This document shows, in pieces, positions 1-11,405 of a stretch of 64,000 bases of DNA (the first letter of the stretch is position 1; each line of letters opens with the position of its first letter). Below the pieces are notes generated by a model. The model was not told where the DNA came from, made no database searches, and saw only the letters and a program-made list of their open reading frames with translations. The translations under genes were made by a program, and so were the position numbers. Origin of the DNA: an uncultured Bacteroidales bacterium. GTDB taxonomy: Bacteria > Bacteroidota > Bacteroidia > Bacteroidales > FEN-979. The stretch lies in NCBI GenBank assembly GCA_963785325.1, contig CAWAVC010000016.1, positions 31,963 through 95,962 of the forward strand, read 5' to 3'.

Positions 1-360
1 TTCTTCTGTAAGCCGGAACAGGTGGCGTTTATCATAGTTTAGAAATGTTCCATCGGGAAACATACAAACCAGGCGATTATAAAAGCCTGATCTTTCACCT
101 ATTAATAAACTGCCGATGACAATACAGTTCATTTTTTCAGCGGTTTCTATCAGAAAGTGCATAGATGGGCCATCCATGGTTTCCGCACATTTGCTGGTAT
201 TTGTAGTAAAACCCGTACTGAACATCTCGGGAAAAACAATCAGGTCGACTTGTTCCCTGATTTCATTTACCAGACCTGAAAAATGAGAAAGGTTCTTCGT
301 GACATCTTCCCAAAAAATATCGGATTGCAAGAGTACTATATTCAAATCTTTTTTGTTCAT
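1..360 (-). CDS. Nitrilase/carbon-nitrogen hydrolase family amidohydrolase (YafV-like), 5' part only; runs off the window
   Basis: Hand translation MNKKDLNIVLLQSDIFWED...DLIVFPEMFSTGF...FYNRL...YDKRHLF contains the PE and YxKxHL nitrilase motifs. Not in the ORF track. Confidence 0.85.
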   Translation of the reverse strand, partial: MNKKDLNIVLLQSDIFWEDVTKNLSHFSGLVNEIREQVDLIVFPEMFSTGFTTNTSKCAETMDGPSMHFLIETAEKMNCIVIGSLLIGERSGFYNRLVCMFPDGTFLNYDKRHLFRLTEE

Positions 361-415
361 ACGGTCAAATCCAGGGTAAAATTAAAAATTGTTGCCATTT
401 TCCGTTCGAAAATTT

Positions 416-423
416 TAATTTTG
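416..423 (+). promoter_or_regulatory. Bacteroidota sigma-A -7 element (TAATTTTG) upstream of pgk
   Basis: Matches TAnnTTTG 25 bp before the ATG. Confidence 0.5.
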
Positions 424-448
424 TCTTGATTATAAATAAAGAACCGTT

Positions 449-1639
449 ATGCAAACAATTGATAATTTTGATTTTAAAGACAAGAAGGCATTGATCCGTG
501 TGGATTTTAATGTTCCTTTAGACAACAATTATCAGATCACCGATTCAAACAGGATTGATGCAAGCCTTCCCACCATCCGTAAAATCCTGGCTGACGGAGG
601 ATCAGTAATCCTTATGTCGCATCTCGGCCGTCCGAAAGGAGGACCGGAAGAGAAATTCTCGCTTAAACATCTCTTGCCATACCTGTCGGAGCAATTAAAA
701 CAAACCGTGAAATTTGCCGATGACTGTATCGGTCAATCAGCGAAAAACTTGGCGGCAGGACTTAAACCGGGAGAAGTACTGTTGCTTGAGAACCTTCGCT
801 TTTACAAGGAAGAAGAAAAAGGAGATGAAGCTTTTGCAAAGAAACTGGCCTCACTTGGCGATATTTATGTGAATGACGCTTTCGGTACAGCCCACAGGGC
901 ACATGCCTCAACAGCGATTATTGCTAATTATTTCCCTGAAGCCAAATGCTTCGGATATGTGATGACGAAGGAGATCATCCATCTTGACAAAGTGCTAAAA
1001 GAGGCGACACATCCTTTTACTGCTGTTCTTGGCGGGGCCAAGGTTTCAGGCAAACTTGAGGTAATCAGTAATCTGATGGGTAAGGTCGACAATCTGATTA
1101 TCGGAGGAGGGATGATGTTCACATTCATCAAAGCAATGGGCGGGAAAGTCGGAAATTCACTCGTGGAGGAAGAACTCCTGGATATCTCCCGCAACATTGT
1201 AGAAGAAGCCAAAATGAAGGGTATTAATATTTATTTGCCCATAGATGCTATCATTGCTGATGCTTTTTCTAACGATGCAAACATTAAGACCTGCAACGCT
1301 TATGATATTCCGGATCCCTGGATGGGTCTTGATATCGGCCCGAATACATTGCAAAAGTTCGAATTCGTTATTGAACAATCATCGACCATTTTGTGGAACG
1401 GCCCGATGGGAGTCTTTGAGATGAAGAATTTTGAAGAAGGGACAAAGAAAATTGCAGAAGCCATTGCAAAAGCTACTGAAAATGGTGCCTTCTCACTCGT
1501 AGGAGGCGGTGATTCCGTTGCAGCTATTAACAAATATGATCTTGCAGATAAAATCAGTTATGTTTCGACCGGCGGTGGAGCCATGCTAGAATATATCGAA
1601 GGTAAAGAATTGCCGGGTGTCAAAGCCATCAAAGGGTGA
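449..1639 (+). CDS. pgk: Phosphoglycerate kinase
   Basis: [42 protein letters not shown] and STGGGA motifs. Confidence 0.98.
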   Translation: MQTIDNFDFKDKKALIRVDFNVPLDNNYQITDSNRIDASLPTIRKILADGGSVILMSHLGRPKGGPEEKFSLKHLLPYLSEQLKQTVKFADDCIGQSAKNLAAGLKPGEVLLLENLRFYKEEEKGDEAFAKKLASLGDIYVNDAFGTAHRAHASTAIIANYFPEAKCFGYVMTKEIIHLDKVLKEATHPFTAVLGGAKVSGKLEVISNLMGKVDNLIIGGGMMFTFIKAMGGKVGNSLVEEELLDISRNIVEEAKMKGINIYLPIDAIIADAFSNDANIKTCNAYDIPDPWMGLDIGPNTLQKFEFVIEQSSTILWNGPMGVFEMKNFEEGTKKIAEAIAKATENGAFSLVGGGDSVAAINKYDLADKISYVSTGGGAMLEYIEGKELPGVKAIKG

Positions 1640-2628
1640 AACGGATCATTATAAGCCGTACTGATAATCTTGGTGATGTCATTCTGACTCTGCCGATGGC
1701 AGGGATTCTGAAACGGGAATTCCCGGATTCCACAATCATCTTTATAGGGAAAAACTACACAAAGCCAATCATTGATGCCTGCGAGCATATTGATGAATTC
1801 ATTGACTGGGACGAAATCAGTGTGAGGATGGAGGGTGGAAAATGGAGGATTGATGATATGCTGTTAAAAGCTGATATCATTCTACATGTTTTTCCTGTAA
1901 AAGCGATCCAAAAATTGGCGAAAAAAGCTAAGATCCCGATGCGGATTAGTACTTCGCACCGATATTACTCATGGCTTTATTGCAACAAACTAATTCATTA
2001 CAGCCGGAAAAAATCTAACCTCCACGAGGCACAGCTCAACCTTAAGCTTCTTAAACCCCTAGGAATCACAGGGGAATACCCGTTATCAGAAATATCTTGT
2101 CTGTATGGTCTGACAAAGATTCCCACTTCAACCAATATTCCACAACCCGATCCGAAACGGCTTAACCTTATTCTTCATCCCAAATCGAAAGGTAGCGCCC
2201 GCGAATGGGGATTGGATAATTTTTCAAAATTGATCGATCTTCTACCGGAAGATAAATTCCGCATTTTTGTTACCGGCACCAAAGAAGAAGGTGAACTAAT
2301 GAAAGATTTCCTGGTCAGGTACCAAAACAGGGTAAATGATATGACAGGGAAACTATCGCTTGTCGAGCTTCTTTCTTTTATCAACACTTGTGACGAACTG
2401 GTCGCAGCCAGTACAGGACCATTGCATATTGCTGCTGCATTAGGGAAAAGAGCCATTGGTATTTACGCACCAATGCGACCCATCTTTCCCGAACGATGGG
2501 CGCCATTGGGGAAAAATGCAACTTATCTGGTACTGGATAAAAAATGCGCTGATTGCAGGAAAACAGGAAATTGTGAATGTATCAGGGCGATTAGGCCGGA
2601 AGAGATAGCGAGCAAACTTGTGAGCTAG
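1636..2628 (+). CDS. Glycosyltransferase family 9 (ADP-heptose:LPS heptosyltransferase-like)
   Basis: N-terminal [26 protein letters not shown] and a C-terminal Cys cluster. Confidence 0.9.
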   Translation: MKRIIISRTDNLGDVILTLPMAGILKREFPDSTIIFIGKNYTKPIIDACEHIDEFIDWDEISVRMEGGKWRIDDMLLKADIILHVFPVKAIQKLAKKAKIPMRISTSHRYYSWLYCNKLIHYSRKKSNLHEAQLNLKLLKPLGITGEYPLSEISCLYGLTKIPTSTNIPQPDPKRLNLILHPKSKGSAREWGLDNFSKLIDLLPEDKFRIFVTGTKEEGELMKDFLVRYQNRVNDMTGKLSLVELLSFINTCDELVAASTGPLHIAAALGKRAIGIYAPMRPIFPERWAPLGKNATYLVLDKKCADCRKTGNCECIRAIRPEEIASKLVS

Positions 2629-2685
2629 TGAGTTGATACACTGACGGGTAGTATAGAAAGGAATACACTAAAAGGGAGAATACAA

Positions 2686-3681
2686 TCAAATTTTGAGCAG
2701 ATTGTGGGCTAAGAGGTACTGTGCAATCTGAATGGCATTGGTAGCAGCTCCTTTTCGGAGGTTATCCGTAACAATAAAAAGATTTAACGTATTTGGTTGT
2801 GATTCATCTGTCCTGATCCTACCCACAAAGACATCATCTTTTCCCCGGGCATACAAGGGCATGGGATAAATGTTGTTTGCCGGGTCATCTTGAACCACAA
2901 CACCTTCTGTTCGGGAAAGGAGTTCTCTTGCCTGGTCAGGACCGACTGCTGATTCAAATTCAACATTGACTGAAGCAGAATGGCCTCCTGTTACCGGCAC
3001 CCGCACAACAGTGCCTGTAATCTGCAAAGATGGAGCTGCAAGGATTTTCCGTGTTTCGTTTACCAGTTTTACTTCTTCAGAAGTGTATCCATTGGGAAGA
3101 AAATAACCTCCATGGGGAAAGAGGTTAAGGTCTATTGGATAAGGATAGGCCATTTCTCCTGCAATGCCTTTTCGTTCGTTTTCAAGTTGTCTTACCGCTC
3201 TAATCCCTGTTCCTGTTACTGACTGATAGGTTGAGATCACGAGCCGTTTGATCTGGAATTTTCTATGTAGAGGCGCTAATGCAGCTACAATCCCGATGGT
3301 GGAACAATTGGGGTTCGCAATGATTTTATCCTGATCTGTGAGAATATCTCCATTGATCTCTGGAACCACCAATGGAATTTCCTCATTCATTCTCCAGGCC
3401 GATGAGTTATCGATCACCGTTGCCCCAGCGGCAACATATTGAGGTGCCCATTCCAATGAAGTCGAGCCTCCTGCAGAAAAAATCGCGATCTTTGGTTTTT
3501 CGGCAATGGCCTGCTTATGTGTGAGGATTATATGTTCCTTCTCTTTGAATGAAATTGTTTTCCCGGCCGATTTTTGAGAGGCAACTGGGAGCAATGTAAA
3601 TGAACCTAAATTTCTTTCTTCGAGGACTTTCAGCATTTCACGACCCACTAAACCAGTAGCACCTACAACTGCTATTTTCAT
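2686..3681 (-). CDS. asd: Aspartate-semialdehyde dehydrogenase
   Basis: VVGATGLVG, DNSSAWRM, NPNCST (catalytic Cys), DNLRKGAATNA. Start moved to MKIAVV; TACCTTTG promoter element at 3705-3712 on the minus strand. Confidence 0.97.
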   Translation of the reverse strand: MKIAVVGATGLVGREMLKVLEERNLGSFTLLPVASQKSAGKTISFKEKEHIILTHKQAIAEKPKIAIFSAGGSTSLEWAPQYVAAGATVIDNSSAWRMNEEIPLVVPEINGDILTDQDKIIANPNCSTIGIVAALAPLHRKFQIKRLVISTYQSVTGTGIRAVRQLENERKGIAGEMAYPYPIDLNLFPHGGYFLPNGYTSEEVKLVNETRKILAAPSLQITGTVVRVPVTGGHSASVNVEFESAVGPDQARELLSRTEGVVVQDDPANNIYPMPLYARGKDDVFVGRIRTDESQPNTLNLFIVTDNLRKGAATNAIQIAQYLLAHNLLKI

Positions 3682-3777
3682 AAACTCCTGCATTTTTAGG
3701 AGCACAAAGGTAATTGAAGAAATCAGAAACTGCTGTGTTACCTTTTCAAATTTCTCCGATTAAACAGAAAAAAAGAA

Positions 3778-6093
3778 ATGTTAAAGTATTTTCTGATCGT
3801 GATCCTGTTGATTCCAGAATTGCATGTAAAAGGCCAATTTAATGATGATTTTACGGATGGCGATTTTACGCAAAATCCTAAATGGATTGGCGATACCGGA
3901 AAGTTTGAAGTCAACACAGCAGGACAACTTCATCTTATTTCTTCAGGAGCTGATCTTTCGGCGCTGGTTACTGCGAACTCAAGTAATGAAAGAACCGAGT
4001 GGTCTTTTTGGGTGAAATTGTCATTCAATACATCAACAAATAATAATGCAAGAGTTTACCTTGTTTCTGATAATGCTGACCTGAAAGGTCCTGTTAACGG
4101 TTATTTTCTTCAAATCGGAGGAAGCAGCGACAGCATTTACTTTATCAAACAAACAGGGACGAAAATTGAAAAGCTATTCACGGCTGATTATTCCTGTACA
4201 AATCATCCAACCAACGCATTGCGATTTAAAATGATCCATGATTCCTCAGGTATGTGGACACTTTATGCCGATAATATTGGTGGGATGAATTTCGTGGAAG
4301 AAGGTCATTGTGTTGATCCGGATACTGTTTCCACTTCCTGGTTTGGTATTTACTGTCAATATACAACAAGCAATTCGACGAAATTCTTTTTCGATGATTT
4401 TTATGTAGGAATTATAAAAACTGACACCATTAACCAGGCAAAAACATGGGATGTCATTATTGATGAGATTATGGCTGATCCGGATCCTATAATCAGCCTA
4501 CCGAAAAGTGAATATGTTGAACTCTATAATCGAACTCTGTTCCCCTTGAACCTGAGTGGATGGACCTTTGAATATGGTTCTTCTGTAAAAACTTTACCTG
4601 GGGTTATCATTGCCCCGTATGGATATCTTATCCTGACCGATGACACTGTGATGAATAATTATGGACAATATGTTCTTCTCTTCACTGCCAGTTCTTCGCT
4701 TGCAAATGAAGGAACAACATTGGTTTTGAAAAATTCTTCTGGTAAGGTAATCCACTCCGTAACCTATTCTTCCGACTGGTACCAAGATCCCTTAAAAGAG
4801 AATGGAGGATGGTCACTTGAAATGATAGATCCTGGGAATCCCTGCGGATGTGAAAATAATTGGAGAGCATCAGAGGATGCAAAAGGAGGAACACCAGGGG
4901 CTATCAACTCAGTTCATACTTCCCAACCTGATAATATTCAGCCATATCTTAAAAGGGCATGGATTGTTTCTAACAATATTATTGAAACCGAATTTTCGGA
5001 ATCAATGGACAGCCTTAGCCTTAACGATGCAAACCAGTGGTATCTTGATGAAGATGGGTTTACTTCAATTAAAGTATCTCTGATACAACCCGGATATAAT
5101 TCAGTTTATCTGACCCTTGCGAAACCACTTGAAAAAGATCATATTTATTCTCTTTCCTGCAAGAACCCTCCAACAGATTGCGTTGGAAACCAACTTGATA
5201 CTACTACAAGAAAAGTCAGAATCGGTCTTCCTGATTCAATTTCCCCCGGTGATCTCATCATCAATGAGATCCTTGCAAATCCCCCGACGAATGGAGCAAA
5301 ATTCATTGAAATCTTCAATTGTTCCGAAAAAGTACTCGACCTCCAGGAACTTGCTTTGGGTTTGTTCGATAGTACTTTAAATATGGGAAGCGATCTAAAA
5401 CTTATATCGGAAAGTGGTTTACTCTCTTTCCCTGGTGATTTCTCTGTACTGACGAAAAATCCTGATGATATCATGAAAAGATATTACTGCCCTGATCTAA
5501 ATGCTTTTGTGAAAATGGTTTCATTGCCCTCCATTAACAGTAATAAGGGTACTGTCGTTTTAGTAAGGGAAAATGACGGGACTTTAATTGACCGGGTTAA
5601 TTACTCACCAATGATGTATTCTGATTTATTGACTACAACTGACGGCGTTTCGCTTGAACGGATAAATCCTTTATTATCCTCAGAGGATGTTACAAACTGG
5701 CATTCCGCTTCAGAAAGTTGCGGGTTTGCCACACCTGGTTACCGTAATTCTGAATTTTTAAAGATGGACTCTGATAAAAATGTTGTGAACCTCTCGCCTT
5801 CAGTTTTTACGCCTGATAATGACGGGAAGGACGATGTTCTAATGATAAAATTTACTTTGGATAGTCCGGGTTACCTGGTCAATATTACTATTTTTAATGC
5901 CAACGGCATCCTGAACCGGAATCTTGTAAAAAACAGAATGCTTTCAATTGAGGATGGAATAATCTGGGACGGAAGGAATGATAAAAACCAGAAATCCCCC
6001 ATTGGGATTTATATTCTTTCAATTGAATTGATAAAGCCTGAAGGGAAAGTAAGTCATTTAAAAAAAACCTGTGTTCTTGGTGGGAATCGTTAG
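3778..6093 (+). CDS. Secreted lamin-tail-domain (LTD) protein with Ig-like domain and a T9SS type B / gliding-motility-associated C-terminal domain
   Basis: Signal peptide; two LTD-like repeats (IIDEIMADP..EYVELYN; IINEILANP..FIEIFN); C-terminal FTPDNDGKDD..WDG..GIYI. Confidence 0.8.
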   Translation: MLKYFLIVILLIPELHVKGQFNDDFTDGDFTQNPKWIGDTGKFEVNTAGQLHLISSGADLSALVTANSSNERTEWSFWVKLSFNTSTNNNARVYLVSDNADLKGPVNGYFLQIGGSSDSIYFIKQTGTKIEKLFTADYSCTNHPTNALRFKMIHDSSGMWTLYADNIGGMNFVEEGHCVDPDTVSTSWFGIYCQYTTSNSTKFFFDDFYVGIIKTDTINQAKTWDVIIDEIMADPDPIISLPKSEYVELYNRTLFPLNLSGWTFEYGSSVKTLPGVIIAPYGYLILTDDTVMNNYGQYVLLFTASSSLANEGTTLVLKNSSGKVIHSVTYSSDWYQDPLKENGGWSLEMIDPGNPCGCENNWRASEDAKGGTPGAINSVHTSQPDNIQPYLKRAWIVSNNIIETEFSESMDSLSLNDANQWYLDEDGFTSIKVSLIQPGYNSVYLTLAKPLEKDHIYSLSCKNPPTDCVGNQLDTTTRKVRIGLPDSISPGDLIINEILANPPTNGAKFIEIFNCSEKVLDLQELALGLFDSTLNMGSDLKLISESGLLSFPGDFSVLTKNPDDIMKRYYCPDLNAFVKMVSLPSINSNKGTVVLVRENDGTLIDRVNYSPMMYSDLLTTTDGVSLERINPLLSSEDVTNWHSASESCGFATPGYRNSEFLKMDSDKNVVNLSPSVFTPDNDGKDDVLMIKFTLDSPGYLVNITIFNANGILNRNLVKNRMLSIEDGIIWDGRNDKNQKSPIGIYILSIELIKPEGKVSHLKKTCVLGGNR

Positions 6094-6797
6094 AGAAAAG
6101 CCACAGCAATTGTCGCCACGCTGATCCGGATCCCACGGATTGAAGCAAGGGTAAGGATACAGGATTCGAGGGTTGCACCGGTTGTAACAACATCATCAAC
6201 CAAAAGAACATGTTTCATTTCCAGCGAAAAGGAATCTTTAATCTCAAAGACCTCAGCAACATTTTGCCATCGTTTGAAGCGTGATTTATTGGTCTGAGTC
6301 TCCGTTTCTTTTTTCCTGCATATGACATTAGGATTTACAGGGATCCTCATTGTCTCTCCCAGTCCGATTGCAAATTGTTCACTCTGGTTATACCCTCTCT
6401 TTTTAAGTCTTTTTGCATGAAGCGGTATTGGTACGATCAATTGAATCCGCTGAAAAAAAGGAGAAACTCTCAGGTCTTGTCCATATTGCCGGCCAAGTTT
6501 TATCCCTATATCTTTACGTCCTTTGTACTTTAATTGGTGAATCAATTGTTGAACTTTACTTCCTTTATGAAAATAAAGGTAAGCGGCAGCACTTTCCAGA
6601 GTAACCTTTCCCCAGAATAATCTGTATACCGGATTTTCTAGTGAAAGATGAAAGCTTGTCTGTGGAAGATGAAATTCACAGGAGATACATATTGTTTCTT
6701 CCTGTTTTAAGAGGTTGTTTCCGCAAGCTGCACAAATTCTTGGGAAGAACAAGGAAAGAAAATCGTCCATTAGCGCAATGACAGATGTTTTAAGCAT
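6090..6797 (-). CDS. comF: ComF family protein (double zinc ribbon plus phosphoribosyltransferase domain)
   Basis: CAAC..CISC, PIPLH..RGYNQ, LLVDDVVTTGAT. Start codon uncertain. Confidence 0.88.
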   Translation of the reverse strand: MLKTSVIALMDDFLSLFFPRICAACGNNLLKQEETICISCEFHLPQTSFHLSLENPVYRLFWGKVTLESAAAYLYFHKGSKVQQLIHQLKYKGRKDIGIKLGRQYGQDLRVSPFFQRIQLIVPIPLHAKRLKKRGYNQSEQFAIGLGETMRIPVNPNVICRKKETETQTNKSRFKRWQNVAEVFEIKDSFSLEMKHVLLVDDVVTTGATLESCILTLASIRGIRISVATIAVAFL

Positions 6798-7002
6798 AAT
6801 AATGAGTCGTAACGCATGACAATGAAAGAAAAATTGTAACAAATGATACATGAGAAAAAATTTTGATGTTTCTTTAATATTGTCTTTATTACTTTATAGG
6901 TTAAATTTGAAAAGGTAATTCAAGGATAATTGATTTTTTATTTGTTTGAAGTTTGGTAGTCTATTTTTCAGGAATATGAATGAATGTTATTTTACAGGGA
7001 AA

Positions 7003-8724
7003 ATGGATTTGGAAAAGATTTTAGAAGTAAAAAACCTTACTGTTGTTTTTCATCATGAACATGAAATAACAACGGCAGTTGAGGAAGTGAGTTTTTCGCT
7101 GAATCGAGGAGAGACCTTAGGAATTGTTGGGGAATCGGGTTCGGGGAAGTCAGTTACTGCATTTTCTGTTTTAAGGTTGATTCCTTTTCCTGAAGGAGAG
7201 ATCAAAACAGGTGATATTTTTTTCAGAGGAATCGACGGATCGGTGTTATCCCTTCTGCAGATTGACGAAAAACAGCTGCAAGGTATCAGGGGAAAGCAGA
7301 TTGGAATGATTTTCCAGGAACCTATGACTTCATTAAATCCAGTACTTACGTGTGGTTTCCAGGTTGCAGAAGCGATGAAATGGCACTTGAAAATAGACAG
7401 GAAACAAGCGAAACTTAAATCGTTGGATTGGTTCAATGAAGTTAGACTTCAAAAGCCTAAAGCAATTTTCGATTCTTACCCGCATCAGCTTTCAGGTGGC
7501 CAAAAACAAAGGGTGATGATCGCCATGACTATGTCCTGTAATCCCAGTCTTCTTATTGCTGACGAACCGACCACGGCGTTGGATGTCACCGTTCAAAGAA
7601 CTATACTGGAATTGATGAAAGAACTACAGGCAAAACATGGCTTAAGTATTTTATTCATAACCCACGATCTGGGTTTGGTTTCGGGTTTTGCCGATCATAC
7701 TTTGGTCATGTATAAGGGGAAGGTGGTTGAGGAGGGAAAAACGGAACACCTTTTCCGTTTTCCTTTACATCCCTATACGGCAGGTTTACTACAATGTCGT
7801 CCCCCTGTAAATAAACGGTTGAAAAGACTTCCCTCCATCGCGGAGTTCCTGGAATCCACGGGTCCGTTAACCATACCTGAAACCGAAACCCCTGAGGAAC
7901 GAAGGAAAAGGCATGATGAGATTTACTCCCATACCCCGATATTGCAGGTGAAAGATCTTGAAACTGAATTTCCATCTCACTATACGTTCTTTGGGAAAGC
8001 GGATGCTTTTGTAAAAGCTGTTAATTGTGTGTCTTTTGATGTCTATCCTGGTGAAACATTAGGCATTGTGGGGGAATCAGGTTGTGGAAAGACTTCACTT
8101 GGGAGAAGCATCCTTCAGTTGATCAGGGCCCGGTCAGGAAAAATTATTTTTGATGGTCGGGAAATTCAAAGCCTTTCACAAAAAAAGGTACGTTCATTTC
8201 GAAAGGATCTTCAAATCATTTTCCAGGACCCTTATTCATCACTTAACCCCAGGTTAACGGCTGGAGCGGCAATAATGGAGCCGATGCTGGCTTTGGCTCA
8301 ATATAAAAGCAGTAAAGAGAGAAAACAGAGAGCTATTGAATTACTTGAGATGACAGGGCTTGATTCAGAATATTTTAACCGTTATCCTCATGAATTTTCG
8401 GGAGGGCAGCGGCAAAGGGTGTGCATTGCAAGAACACTGGCCGTTGAGCCCAGGCTTATCATTTGTGATGAATCGGTTTCTGCACTTGATGTTTCATTAC
8501 AGGCGCAGATCCTTAACCTTTTAAACAAATTGAAAAGCGAATTTGGATTTACTTACCTCTTCATTTCACATGATTTGTCAGTGGTTCGATTCATGTCAGA
8601 CAGGCTCATCGTGATGCGAAACGGAAAAATTGAAGAAATAGGAAATGCCGATAAAATTTATTCCTGCCCGGATAAAGAGTACACCAAATCATTACTCAGG
8701 TCATTGCCAGTAGTAACATGGTAA
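7003..8724 (+). CDS. Dipeptide/oligopeptide ABC transporter ATP-binding protein with two fused NBDs
   Basis: Two Walker A motifs (GESGSGKS, GESGCGKT), LSGGQ/FSGGQ signatures, HPYT. Confidence 0.93.
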   Translation: MDLEKILEVKNLTVVFHHEHEITTAVEEVSFSLNRGETLGIVGESGSGKSVTAFSVLRLIPFPEGEIKTGDIFFRGIDGSVLSLLQIDEKQLQGIRGKQIGMIFQEPMTSLNPVLTCGFQVAEAMKWHLKIDRKQAKLKSLDWFNEVRLQKPKAIFDSYPHQLSGGQKQRVMIAMTMSCNPSLLIADEPTTALDVTVQRTILELMKELQAKHGLSILFITHDLGLVSGFADHTLVMYKGKVVEEGKTEHLFRFPLHPYTAGLLQCRPPVNKRLKRLPSIAEFLESTGPLTIPETETPEERRKRHDEIYSHTPILQVKDLETEFPSHYTFFGKADAFVKAVNCVSFDVYPGETLGIVGESGCGKTSLGRSILQLIRARSGKIIFDGREIQSLSQKKVRSFRKDLQIIFQDPYSSLNPRLTAGAAIMEPMLALAQYKSSKERKQRAIELLEMTGLDSEYFNRYPHEFSGGQRQRVCIARTLAVEPRLIICDESVSALDVSLQAQILNLLNKLKSEFGFTYLFISHDLSVVRFMSDRLIVMRNGKIEEIGNADKIYSCPDKEYTKSLLRSLPVVTW

Positions 8725-8817
8725 TGTAACAATATGAGGTGGGCGACGTATAAATAATATTATGAATTTTTGAATTACATCCTAACATGAAATATTAGGA
8801 ATTAATTCTGGTTTTTG

Positions 8818-8825
8818 TATCTTTG
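8818..8825 (+). promoter_or_regulatory. Bacteroidota -7 element (TATCTTTG) upstream of the TPR histidine kinase
   Basis: Exact TAnnTTTG match 26 bp before the ATG. Confidence 0.55.
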
Positions 8826-8851
8826 CTAACTAAGCGGAAGAAAATCAATCA

Positions 8852-10762
8852 ATGAAGTATTTAAATTCAATTATTCTCGGGTTGTTGCTGGGATGCTTTT
8901 CACCATTATACCCTATTGATGCTTTCGCACAGATTTCTGCAATCAATCGCTCAAGAAAAGAATCTCTTAAAGATTCCATCAAAAAGCTGGATACGCTGGT
9001 ACAAATTACAGTGATAAATAATCCGTTACTCAGCATTAAATATGCAAAAAAAGCCCTAGGTTATGCAACCAGATTGAAAACTGCTGAAGAACTTGTTCAT
9101 GGGTATTCATTAATGGGACAGGCTTTTTATAATAAGGATAAAGATTCGAGTTACATCTATTTTAACAAGGCATTAAAGCTGGCAGACAGCGCTAAGATTA
9201 ATGCGCAGAAATCTTTTCTTCTTATCAAAATTGCTACACTTTACTATATAGCTAAAGATTTTAAAACCGCCATTGTTTTATTAGACTCCTGTATAAAGTT
9301 TGCCGGTTCACAGAAAGATTATGCCACCATGTCGCATGCCTATAATGCGATTGGAAATATCAATTTCGACACTAAAAACAAGGAAGAGGCGCATAAAATG
9401 TATGATTCGGCAAATAAAATTGCAGTCAGGCATTCGATTCCAATAGAAATTGGCCTTTCACTTGGAAATATTGCCAGGTTTGAAAAGGACCCGGTCAAAG
9501 CTTTAAAATTAGAAAGAGAAGCAGTACAATACTTGAAAAAATGCAAGGGAACAGAGGGAGGGCTTGGAAAGATCTATATAAATATAGGCTATAACGCAAC
9601 GAATCCGGATACAGCGCTTTATTATTTCCGTGAAGCTTTAAAACTGAGTCAAAATAGTGGCCTTACAGAAGTTGAATTGCCCGCTTATAATAATATGGTT
9701 TACAGTTATCTTGAAAAGGGCAATATTAAAGGAGCGGAAGAGTGTTTGGTTAACCATGCTATCCCGCTTGCGGTTCAAGAGAAGAATGATGACTGGTTAG
9801 CCACCCTGAGTGACAGCTATGCGGAAGTGCTTACAAAGAAAGGTGACTTTAAGGCTGCCGCCAAATGGCAAAAGACGGCGATGAATAAAAGGATATCAGC
9901 CGACAAGGCTCAAGCTTCAGAGCAGGTAAGGTTACTGAGTCTTTTACTTGATTTGAAGAGCAAGGAAATGACCATAGAAGACAATCAAAGGGAATTGCTG
10001 GTACAACAAAACCGGTTACAAAAGACCCGATTAGGGTTGACAATCACCGTTTTCATTATCATCGGTTTTATTTTCAGCATTTTGTGGCTGCAACAACAAA
10101 ACCGGGTCAAGCTTCAACATCAGCAGATCCAGTCGGCCAAACGGATTATCGAAATAGAAGAAAATGAAAAAGCGAAAGTTTCGAGGGAGTTGCATGATAT
10201 TACCGGGCAACTGGTACTGGGTATAACCGGGGAGATAGAGAACCTGGATTTGCCTGAAACCAAAATAAAGGAAGATATCAAGGGCAAGATCAATGCCCTC
10301 GGGCAAAGTATACGCCTAATCTCCCATCGGATGAACAAGGCAATGCTTGACAATTTTACTTTTGAGGAATTAATTGAAGGGCAATGTGAGGATATCCGGA
10401 AGGCGACTGGATTGCAGATCCAGCTTGAAATGCCGGAAGAACCCATCGTGCTGAACGAAGAAATTGTTCTTCATGCATACAGGATTGTGCAGGAATTGCT
10501 CACCAATGCAGGAAAATACGCAAGGGATAGCTATGTGAGTCTCTCTTTTCATAAGACTGCTACGGAAATAATCATCAATTATAATGACAATGGGAAGGGT
10601 TTTGACACTAACCTCATTGAGAAAAAGGGAATGGGGTTAATGAATATTTTTGAACGAGCTAAATTGTTGAACGGTTCAGCAATAGTGACTTCAGCACCTG
10701 GCGACGGGACTTCATGGAAAATAAAATTCCCCTGGGTGCAGAGAAAGACAAAAACGGGATAA
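8852..10762 (+). CDS. Membrane sensor histidine kinase with periplasmic TPR domain (HisKA_3/NarX-like)
   Basis: Signal peptide, TPR-like helices, one TM segment, SRELHD H-box, QELLTNAGKY N-box, DNGKGF and GMGL G-boxes. Confidence 0.9.
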   Translation: MKYLNSIILGLLLGCFSPLYPIDAFAQISAINRSRKESLKDSIKKLDTLVQITVINNPLLSIKYAKKALGYATRLKTAEELVHGYSLMGQAFYNKDKDSSYIYFNKALKLADSAKINAQKSFLLIKIATLYYIAKDFKTAIVLLDSCIKFAGSQKDYATMSHAYNAIGNINFDTKNKEEAHKMYDSANKIAVRHSIPIEIGLSLGNIARFEKDPVKALKLEREAVQYLKKCKGTEGGLGKIYINIGYNATNPDTALYYFREALKLSQNSGLTEVELPAYNNMVYSYLEKGNIKGAEECLVNHAIPLAVQEKNDDWLATLSDSYAEVLTKKGDFKAAAKWQKTAMNKRISADKAQASEQVRLLSLLLDLKSKEMTIEDNQRELLVQQNRLQKTRLGLTITVFIIIGFIFSILWLQQQNRVKLQHQQIQSAKRIIEIEENEKAKVSRELHDITGQLVLGITGEIENLDLPETKIKEDIKGKINALGQSIRLISHRMNKAMLDNFTFEELIEGQCEDIRKATGLQIQLEMPEEPIVLNEEIVLHAYRIVQELLTNAGKYARDSYVSLSFHKTATEIIINYNDNGKGFDTNLIEKKGMGLMNIFERAKLLNGSAIVTSAPGDGTSWKIKFPWVQRKTKTG

Positions 10763-10775
10763 AATTCAGTGATCT

Positions 10776-11405
10776 ATGATAAGGTTGTTCACCATCGAAG
10801 ACCATCCGGTTATTATTACAGGATTACGAAACATATTTCGTCCCTCCCGTGACGATATCGAAATTGTCGGCAGTGCCAATGATGTTGACGAGACCATTAT
10901 CAGAGCTAATCCTATTTCGTTTGATATTTTTCTCCTCGACCTTTGGATCCCCGGTTACCAGCCATTGCAAAACATCCGGAAAATCAGGCAACATTTTCCA
11001 GAGAAACCTGTTGTGATATTTACTTCTGAAGATTCTTTGATATGGAAACGGAAAATGTTTGAGGGGGGCGCTATGGCATATTTATTAAAAAGTGCCGATA
11101 AAAATGAGATCAAGTTGACACTTGAGAAAGTTTCGCAGGGGATGACGGTGTTTACAGGAATTGTTGAACCTGAGCAAGAAAAAACCTTCAGAGCAGGGTT
11201 TGCAGACCACAGGTACGTATTAACGCCTAACCAGAAAGAATATATTGTTTTTTTATCGAATGGACTTACACAGCCTGAAATTGCCGAGAAAAAATGTCTG
11301 AGCGTTTCGACGGTTGAGAAAACGATTAGAAGCATCAGGGAAAAATGTGGCGCCCGGAATAATGCCGAACTCGTGAAAATCCTTTTTGAAAGGGGAGTTA
11401 TCTGA
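10776..11405 (+). CDS. NarL/LuxR family response regulator
   Basis: Receiver domain (EDH, LLD, K) and C-terminal LTPNQ..EIAEK..SVSTVE HTH. Confidence 0.92.
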   Translation: MIRLFTIEDHPVIITGLRNIFRPSRDDIEIVGSANDVDETIIRANPISFDIFLLDLWIPGYQPLQNIRKIRQHFPEKPVVIFTSEDSLIWKRKMFEGGAMAYLLKSADKNEIKLTLEKVSQGMTVFTGIVEPEQEKTFRAGFADHRYVLTPNQKEYIVFLSNGLTQPEIAEKKCLSVSTVEKTIRSIREKCGARNNAELVKILFERGVI

